Shown piece by piece: positions 11,586-20,518 of a stretch of DNA of 23,461 nucleotides (its first letter is position 1; each line of letters opens with the position of its first letter). The translations under genes were made by a program, and so were the position numbers. The notes under the pieces are model-generated. The model was not told the DNA's origin, made no database searches, and saw nothing but the letters and a program-made list of their open reading frames with translations. The stretch lies in NCBI GenBank assembly GCA_043228905.1, contig JBHGNT010000478.1:1-23461 (forward strand). Direction: 5' to 3'. Source of the stretch: Azolla caroliniana (lineage: Eukaryota > Plantae > Polypodiophyta).

Positions 11586-12283
11586 ATTGAACACATTGGT
11601 TAAAGTAACCATAGTCACCTTAACCAAGGTTGGTAACTTTGAGGATAGTTAGTTGGTAACCATAGTCACATTAACTAGAGTAACTTATGATTGTATTAAT
11701 GATTACAAAGTCAAACTAACATATTGATCAATCTTTTATAGTCATAACAACCTACAATGACTTCAAAGGTTATGAAGGAGACAATGATAGAGGTTCATGA
11801 ATGTACCAATGATTGATCACTAAAAGCAACAAATTTTATGACTCTCAAATGCTATGTATTAAAGATGTTGGCATGAATTAACCAATGATTGATAAGTCTA
11901 ATATTTAAAATGGTGAGCATTAAAGAACCAATGAGTGAGACGTTCTATATCAAAACGGGTGCCATTAATTAGCCAATGATTTTAACATTAATCCAACATA
12001 TTCATGGCTTGTTAATGATTAGTTTTATATTTTACTTAATTTAACTTCATATAGATCTAGTTTATATAATAATTGATATTTTAAGTACAATTACTTTATT
12101 AAAAATAATTTTTTGATGTATTGTATTAATAGAATATTACATAATATAGACATTCTATTGATTTAGATTTTGTTTAGAGATAAGTTTATGTTTAGAGAGG
12201 AGTATATGTTTAGAGAGGAGCATATTAGTTTTTTTCCTTACCCTAAGCACATAACTTAGAGAGCCCTATCTAGACCTTAAGCC

Positions 12284-15064
12284 ATGAGTGAAGATTCACC
12301 GTTCTCGATTGAAGAATATTGTTTGTCATCAGACCCATCGTTTTCTACTGAAGAGTATTGTTTGTCAACAGAGTCACCATATTCGATTGAAGAATATTGT
12401 CTGTCGACCGACTCACCATATTCTATCGAAGAATATTGTCTGAGCTCATCTACAGGGAATGTAAATAATGACACATGTGAAGAGTTCTCTATTGAAGAAT
12501 ACGATATTAATAAAGATACCGAGAATTAAGGAAGTGCCCAAGAAACATTGAATAACATTGGCGATGGTCACAACAGAGAATTAGACTGTAACAAGGTTAC
12601 ACCAACCTCTATGCAGGAAGAGAAATCTGGGAGCCCTATGCATATTAGAAGAATCCCACGAAGAATTCGTTTGGCTAGATTTAGCTTGGTGACATCAGAT
12701 AAACAGATTGGATTTGATGTCAACAAAATATGTTGTGCCCGTGGTTGTATGTCTATGATTGGAAAATCAAAGTTGCGAGAATTAAGGCGATACTATTTTT
12801 CGATGACCGGTGATGAGCAAGACACTTACCTCGGGTCACATATGCAACTAGTATCTGACAAATGTACGGGGATCAAAGTATCATTCGAGTATTATATCTT
12901 CCATGCGCAACAGATATGTAGAGTTGCATTCAAAATTGCGTTATGTGTTAGTAACATGCGGCTACATAGAGTACAACAACGTCTACTTAGCGGGGATCAG
13001 ATGCTCAATTGTAAAGAGGTTCCAAGTATGAAAGGTGCAATTGGAAGACATGTTATTGGCTGGATGAAAACTTACTTTCAGTTAAATTGTGAAGTAATGC
13101 CCACTACAGGTAGGATGCATCTTTCTGATAATTATACACGTCGGGAAGTTTATGATGTCTATCGATCTGATATGCTGGGCTCACGTAATAAGTCTATCAC
13201 CTATAGCCAATTCACAAGATTATGGAGAGCTCGGTTTTCAAATGTTATTATTCCTCGTAAAGTACGTATGGGGTATTGCTCCATTTGTGCAAATCTGAAA
13301 AGTTTGGCTAAAGGTGCAAAGACATCAATGGAAAAGGATACGAGTAAGAAGTTACTACAAGAGCATCGTGAGGCACAATCCTTAGAACGAAGGAAGGCGA
13401 TGCATCATAGAGAGAAGTGTTTGAAGAGGCCCGAACAATACATGTGCTTAATGATAGATGGCATGGACCAGAAGAAGACATGCTTGCCGCATATGCGGAG
13501 GCTCCCCAAAGATGTCAATGATGAGTGCCTTGTTCAAATGCACTTGGTGGGATGCTTGGCTTATAATAGGTCTGTTCGACCTCACGTCTTCATTACTTAC
13601 CCCAATGTTCACAATGACCCTAACCTAACAGTTACAGTGATTCACCGAGTTTTGATGTCTTGGGGACAACCTTTCCCCCCTGTTCTATACATTCAATTGG
13701 ACAATACTGCTAGAGAGAACAAAAATTCAACTGTATTTGGCTATCTAAGTATGTTGGTCAACCTAGAATTGTTTAGGAAAGTGAAAGTCAATTTCCTTTT
13801 GGTTGGCCACACACATGACCATATAGATAAGATGTTTAGCACATTCTCCAGACAGTTGTCTCGGCATGACGCTTTCACTTTACCTAAACTATTTGATGTC
13901 ATTTGTGATGCTTATACACCACGCCCAAAAGTGTTACACTTGAAGGAGGTATATGACTTTAAGAGATATATATTAGATGGGGGTGGTGGGAATGTTAAAG
14001 TGCTTGCTCAGTTAAACAATATAAGTTTCAATCACATTTTTATGATAAAGAAAAATGGAATAAGTGGTTCTACACTTTTGTATGCTAAACAATATTCATC
14101 TTCTACAACATGGGAACCTGAAGGTGGTTGCCAGTTATTACTTTGTATGCCGAGTACAATTGTCCATGGAGCTAAGCAAATGCCAATTGAGAAGAAAGGA
14201 CAGTTGCAGAGCGACTTGGTATCAGAACAAAAACGGTCATGGCTCCAAGCCTTAGAAGAAAAAAGAAAGCATATTGAGGCCGCCAAAAAATATGCCGCAC
14301 AACAAGACACGTCATGGTGGGATGTATTTTATAGTGATCAGAAAGAAATTATAGACAATTGTGTATCTGTTGATAATTGGAATTTGGAAACGCCATTCAC
14401 ATGGTCGCTGCAACATTATCGCGTAAATAGAAGTCCGGAGCAACTAGTAAATGCGATTAATGACAGCTTGGTCCATCCACAACAAAGAGACATTTATGTG
14501 GGACCAAGGATGACGAAAGCAGCCGAAGCTAGATGGCAAGGAAATTTGCAAGAGCTCACCGCGGGGATGTTGATTGCAACGCCGGCTGATGAGAACTCAC
14601 ATGGCCACCAATTTTGGGTTGGTAAAATTCTAGAAGTGCTAATGCATGAAATAGAAAACACGATCAAGTCTATAAATGTTCATTGGTACAACACTAGAAG
14701 TGCAAATGCTTTTACAGGTAAGTATACATTGGAGATGATTGAATGCCAAACAAGAAGGGGAGGTAGGAAGAGGAAGCGAAACATTCGTAACACCTCGACC
14801 CTTGATATCTCTGATGTGGATATCATCGTGTACGACTTCACACTTACAAAAGCCGGACGATTAAGGAAGTCAACAATAGATATAATAAAAGAAAAATTAC
14901 CAGGTCTACAAGGTGGCTCGAGTCAAAGGCAAACGAGATTTGCTACATATAATCTAGAGTCAAACCATTTGGTTTATGACGAAGATAATGCACTGATTGG
15001 TACATCTGAGGATGATGAGGAGGAATCGTCATTGTATATTAGTTATAGTAGTGATTCTCCGTAA
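12284..15064 (+). CDS. Sola1-like DDD transposase (inner element), near intact; one in-frame TAA at 12527-12529
   Basis: The 838-codon frame 12548-15064 starts at TTG and is in frame with ATG 12284; its first internal ATG is at 12611. Motifs CCxxxC, CSIC..H..H, IDGMDQ, QLDNTARENKN, FLLVGHTHDHID (putative D-D-D triad), basic RKRKR, acidic tail. No introns. Confidence 0.85.
12293..12500 (+). repeat. 39-bp coding minisatellite (DSP(F/Y)SIEEYCLS(S/T) x4 plus one partial)
   Basis: GAAGA(A/G)TATTG at 12311, 12350, 12389 and 12428; partial copy near 12494. Confidence 0.9.
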
Positions 15065-15413
15065 AGGAGTGATCATGAATGTATATTTGGCTATTAAGTG
15101 TAACTACATTCCGCTTGTAACAATCGAGTAATATAAAATCATGTGTTTTGAATTCTTATGATTTCTAAAAAATCGTTTCTTATAAAATAACATTGGTTGT
15201 AAAGTTTGTGATATAAATTGAGAATGTATCTTTTTGAAATTCGTCTTTTTTTAGTTACTTCTAAATCACGAAAATAGTGGATTTTTAACCTTTTTCATAG
15301 TATGTTTGAACTTGTATGATACTGGTATCAATGTGTTTTGTAAAATCATTGAAAAACCCCTAAAATTTCCCTTATCCTTCCATTTATGCGCGATCCTTCC
15401 ACTTGTGAACGCG

Positions 15414-18022
15414 AACTTCTTGGCAAGAAGTCCAAATCGGAACATAAGAAGTACAAGAAAAGGTAGCAACCAAAAGAGAAAGAAGTCAAGCTCGAAGTTT
15501 TTCCTCCAGGGGGCCACATTTCATTGGGGATACTCACCTCAAAGCAGAACCGAATCAGAGAAAATATTGTGAAGACGAAGCTTGTCCGTAAAGAACAATT
15601 ATTTCACTTACCAATCTGCTCTATTCAACAGCCACCCATCGATCCGGAGACAAGAAGACGAGCTCTAGAAATTAGAGAGCCACATTCAGTGCATGTGCAT
15701 AACATAAAAAGAAAAATGAAGATTAATCCACATGCAACTGTAGTGCCATTCTTAGTAATGGTCGACCCAAATCAATGCCCTACTGTTGCTGACTTCAAGT
15801 ATAGTTCGACAGATGACTATACATACTATGTGATTGGAGGATCCCACTCTGCTGAAGCCCAATGTCAACTGGTTAAGGAGTATCCTCTTACCCCTTTCTT
15901 CAAGTATGTAGAATGTAAAGTGTATGCAAGCCTTACACATGAAGAAGCCAAGTTGTTAGCTTGGGATCATAACAATGATAATCACTATAGACAAAAGATG
16001 TCATGTATCGAGTGCATTAGGTTCTTCCATCACAAGTACCTTGATGCACTGCAAAAATTTGGTCCTCGGCTGCATCTTGGATTGCGACAACAATGTCTGC
16101 TTGAAGTGGGGATAGCAGTTGACGAAAGCACCAAGTCTGAAGGCCTGAGGAAATATGACTCATGGTTTCAACTTGCCTTTAGAACTCCAAGATTGCATTT
16201 TTAGTATGTGGGAGTGTAAAGAAATAAAGGGTCAAAAATCAAAGAAGGCTAAGCTCGACCCACAGGTGGAGATGAAATCTAAGTCACATAAAAGTGACTT
16301 AGCAATTGAATAGTTAGCCAAAGATATGAAGCTACTTCCTTGGTGGTCACTGCAAGGAATTAAGGATGACAAATTATTGATATCTGTATTATCAAGAGTG
16401 GCCGCCAAGGAGTTTAGCCTTGACAAAATGGTCGTAGAGTTACAAAAGTGAGTCATCTATGTCCATGTATCATTTTGATTTGATTGCTTTGTTGATTTGT
16501 CCTTTTTTCTAATTTTAGTTTTATTTGTTTTTTAGCCATAAGGTGTATATGAAGATTCAAGAGTTGATGATGAAAAAATTGTCCTTGCCTACGTGGGAAG
16601 AAGTGGAGCAATTTTGCCCAAAAACATCATCTTATAAGGCTCTTGAAGAATTCTTTATCGTGTTTAGAGAATGAGTATGTATGTTCTGCAAATATTAATT
16701 GATTTTTGGATAATGGGTTTCTTCTTACAAAATTTATAATTACAGAAACCACCTCGTTCAAAGAAGAATAGTGACAACAATGAAGGCATACCTAGTGCCT
16801 TCATCACCCAATGCATTTGGAACGAGCTAAATATGAGAAATGTATGACAAAAGGAAAGGAGCTCGAGGTGCCTGAGGACTCAGATACCGACAAAAGCTTT
16901 TTGCACAAGAGTGATCCTTTCTGACAATTGTATTATAGTATATATAATGGTGATGTGGGTAATATGCTTGACATATTACCCAAGAGACATTCGTCACGGA
17001 TATACCGTATGGTTTTAGAATATCAGGCTCGACATACGACGATGTGCCATACAAATATCCGCAAATAGAGAAGATGGTTAAGGACTTCGCGGAGCTGACC
17101 CTAGCACCATTATGGCGTATTGTTATATTTCACAGTATGGGTCAAGCGTTATCGTTCACGACTGCATTGAAGTCGAGATGCCATGCCACCGAACATATGC
17201 ATTGGTAAACATTCTGTTACTATATATTTAATCTGTGGAATCTATGTTGCTTACGACATATTTATTAACTTGTTTTGAAACAATTGTGAAATAGGGTTAA
17301 AACGAACATAACTCGGACCCCAGGTGATCGAATGGTGAGCGCTATGGAGCACATGTGTGTGGGCTTCTATGACGCAATTTCTAAGAAGAAGGCTCGGGCA
17401 CATATTAATGAACGCAACATTGTCAATTATATCATGTGCGCAGCTCTAACAAAGAAATTGCTACATGTGTCTGGCAATAAGAGTTTAGTAAACCCTTATC
17501 AAAAGACATAGCGATTAATAAATCGATTGGTTGAGTTGTTCTCGAACCCTGATGATTGGGTTCTCGACTTGTTTTGTGGAATAGGTAATCACAACAATTT
17601 CATCTAGTTTTTAAAAAATGAAATACCATTTCTTGTCTTTTTTTCGTACTTTTGCATGTGTGATTGTTTGTTTAGGAACGACGACTACATGTGCTCTCAA
17701 ATTGTTTAGGAATTGCATCGCATTAGAGAACGATCCCAACCAAGTCGACTTTATTAAGATGAGGATTCAAGGCATCTGGGATTGTCCCGATTAGGACCAA
17801 GAGGTTGGGGCAAACCACATCAACGAAACAGAGATGTTTCAAATGGCCTCCAAAGAGCTGATGGAACCTATCGATGAGGAAGGAGGCGACCTGGTTGACC
17901 TTGAAGATGCACCGGGTTCCGAACACATACAAGATTCAACTGAGGATATAGAACATGTTGATGTAGCACCACTCTCAGCTAATCTTGGAGAGCAACCTGT
18001 TTTGGACCTCCTAATGGAGTGA
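15414..18022 (+). pseudogene. Spliced ParB-like plus amino-MTase pseudogene (outer element)
   Basis: Exons ~15414-16447, 16536-16674, 16746-17204, 17295-17584 and 17676-18022, with introns at the same codon positions as the inner gene. Motifs KMKINPHATVVPF, YVIGGSHSAEA, TDIPYGFR, NPYQK, DWVLDLFCGIGTT, LFRNCIALEND. Several stops and frameshifts. Confidence 0.88.
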
Positions 18023-18835
18023 TTGTATATTAGTTTGTATTTTTGACTATATAAAATTGTAACACTAGACTTTTTTTGGAATATAAGATTATTTTGTTTG
18101 TGTACCATTTCTTTGCACTATCTCATTGGTTTGCAAACTTTGAGTGTCTATCATACATTTGTATTGGTGTACTCACAAAGTATGTGGTTGTTAAGTATAA
18201 TGTTTGTTGAATAGATGATGGTGAACTTATCGATAGTATGACAAATGTTTGTTATAATTGTTTCTTTATTAATATAATTGAATTTAGCTTTATTCTAGGT
18301 TATTTAGATTCGATTGTATAGAGAAATATTAACTCAACATTGTTGCTCGCTTAATCTTACATGTAGGTTGTTCATATCATAGTGAGATATAATGTTTGTA
18401 GAAGTTTTTGAGCATGAGAGGTATATAATGTGATATTCACGCGTGCATATGTTTCTAGTTATACCAAAAAATGCAATTTGCTCATTTATCATAAAAAACT
18501 TTATAGGAGTTATAGTAAAATTATGTTTCTAAAATTGTTGAATTGGATTCAAATTTGACATTATGTAAAGGGAAGCATATTTTAATGATAGTTGAAAGCA
18601 TTCTCGTAATCAAAGTGAATGTCTGGATAAATATGTGTATGAATTTAGATAATATAGGTTAACTTTGAAATCTTAATAATATTACTTGTGTTTTTATTGA
18701 TGTTTTTAAAAGTCATGTGCGCATGCGTGATACATTCTTGAAAGTTTGTTAAAAAATTGTAATTCTTGACATCTCATGTATTTTTCAATAAAGGAATGCG
18801 ACATATTACCTTTTCTAAATGACCCGGTGTTTCGA

Positions 18836-20058
18836 GTCGACTTCGGCTTTTTTTTTTTTTCCCGATTGTTTCGGCTCGGCTGAATTGGCTTCGGTTGGCC
18901 GACCGATTAATCATAATTGTTCTACTTTGTCGTACTCCCCCTCAAACTTGGCTGGTCGGTGATTGAGAGACCGAGGTTCCTTGCGAACAACCGTAGCTTG
19001 TCGACTTGGAGTGCCTTTGTGAAGATGTTGGCCGTTTGTAGGGTCATGCTTATGTGTTGCAAGTCGATATCTCGGCTAGACGGTCTCGGATGAAATGGTA
19101 GTGCATCTCAATGTGCTTAGTCCGAGAGTGGAAGAATGGGTTGCAGGACAGTTTGTCACAATAAATGAGAATCAAATCCTTGATGGGAACGCCCATATCC
19201 TTCAATAGCCTCTTGAGCCAAACGACTTCACATGCGGCGATGGCCGCACCCCTATATTTAGCTTCGGTTCTCTACAGTGTGACTGTTGGCTACTTTTTGT
19301 TGCTCCATGATATGGCGTTGTTGTTGAGAGAGAAGACGAATCCGAATGTTGATCGTCTATCGGATACTTTTTGCTGCTCCATGATATGGCGTCACTGTCG
19401 AGAGAGAAGATGAATTTGGATGTCGATCGTCTATCGACTTTATAGCATGCCCAATCGGCATCGGTGTACCCTTCGAGTATAATTGGTGTGGCCGGCCTGT
19501 ATAGGATGCTGAAATCCATCGTTCCACTCACATAGCATAACACTTGCTTAGCACAGTCCATATGAATGTTTCGAGGTGTCTGTATAAATTGGCTAAGGAG
19601 GTCGACCGGGTAACTGAGGTCGGGCCGAGTAATGGTGAGGTAAATTAAAATGTTGACCAGTTGACAGTACTTGGTTGGCTCGCATTCGGAAGTTCTAGAG
19701 TTGGCATCGAGCTTCTAATTACGATTGCGAGGGGTAGCCATGGGCTTACACTCTGTCATCCCAAATTTGAATAGGAGATTGAGGATGTAATGTCTTTGGG
19801 AGATAAGGATGCGAAAAGGGGTCCGAATGTAATGGAGCTCCTTCATATCGGTCATTTCAAATCGGCCGGACAATAGTCATTTGGTATGTTCAATGCCCTC
19901 GATGTGCTCTCCTCCAATGACCAAGTTGTCTACATAAATTATAATGATAAGGTGTCCTTTGGAATCGTTTCAGACAAAAACAGAGAACTAGTGAATGTGG
20001 TCATTTTAAAGCCAATTTGGTGAAGATATTGGGTTATCTTCAAGTGCCATGCTCTCGG
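18836..20058 (-). mobile_element. Copia retrotransposon fragment: decayed RT/RNase H and start of 3' UTR
   Basis: Minus-strand motifs PRAWH, IYVDNL (YVDD), GYTDADWA..DRRSTS, HIEMHYHFIRD, ANIFTKAL, and SLRGS at ~18935. A 75-bp tandem duplication starts at 19291 and 19366. Cut at 20059 by a Gypsy LTR. Confidence 0.9.
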
Positions 20059-20184
20059 TGTCAGAAACAGTACTAAGACAGAGAAGTACTGTTAGGAACA
20101 GTACTAAGACAGAGAAGAAATTAGTACTTAAATATGAGGATTAGTACTAAGGGAGGTGTAGAACTCTCAAGAGAAGGAAAGAGT

Positions 20185-20250
<66 letters not shown>

Positions 20251-20518
20251 TGATAACAAAAGATATATATTATGTTAAGAGAATATACAATAGTAGCTAG
20301 GAGGCTTAAGACTGGCGTTGAACCGATTTGGTTCGAAATAATGGCTTGTGTCTCCTTTTATTGTGTTCTCAGGAGTACTCCTGAAGTTTCTAGAATGTTC
20401 CAGAGAAATCTAGAATATACATCATTTTTCTATAGTAAAACTTAAATGAAAATAATATTTTTCGTATTACAACATATAGTCTAATGGTCATGGGTTCGAG
20501 TCTTGCCATATCATGACT
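20059..20518 (-). mobile_element. Gypsy 3' LTR (~460 bp)
   Basis: Follows purine tract AAAGGGTGGATAG. Starts AGTCATGA (presumed mutated TG) and ends TCTGACA exactly where the Copia RT resumes. Contains (AG)n at ~20189-20246. Confidence 0.8.

Larger units (their letters stand above)
5667..15409. mobile_element. Inner TIR DNA transposon (~9.7 kb), same two-gene architecture, opposite orientation
   Basis: 5660-5690 GTTCGCGTTCACAAGTGGAAGGATTGCGCAT matches the reverse complement of 15386-15416 at 30/31. A second shared motif (TACAAAA..AC(T/C)AGTATCA..GTTC) lies ~44 bp further in at both ends. CGCG occurs at 5663-5666 and 15410-15413. Encloses divergent MTase (-) and transposase (+) genes. Confidence 0.8.
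2767..18831. mobile_element. Outer TIR DNA transposon (Sola1-like transposase plus ParB-MTase cargo), decayed, containing a nested relative
   Basis: 2764-2801 versus the reverse complement of 18797-18834 match at 34/38 nt (AACACCG(C/G)GTCATTT..AGGTAATATGTCGCA). TCGA flanks both ends (2763-2766, 18832-18835). Removing the element rejoins a same-strand Copia pol end, 3' UTR, PPT and LTR. Ends are uncertain by 1-4 bp because the junction is palindromic. Confidence 0.8.

Noticed and set aside
11112-11596. ORFs 11112-11366, 11278-11556 and 11402-11596 as independent proteins
   Set aside because: They are translations of the palindrome array and UTR repeats; only 11440-11406 is used as an inferred exon.
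15386-15416. Shared start peptide MR(D/N)PSTCERE for two genes (also at 5690-5660)
   Set aside because: It is the translation of the inner element's TIR, not a real gene start.
2767-18831. Simple inverted duplication of a transposase-MTase unit
   Set aside because: Gene order differs between the arms, paralogues are substantially diverged, and an inner TIR pair explains the layout.
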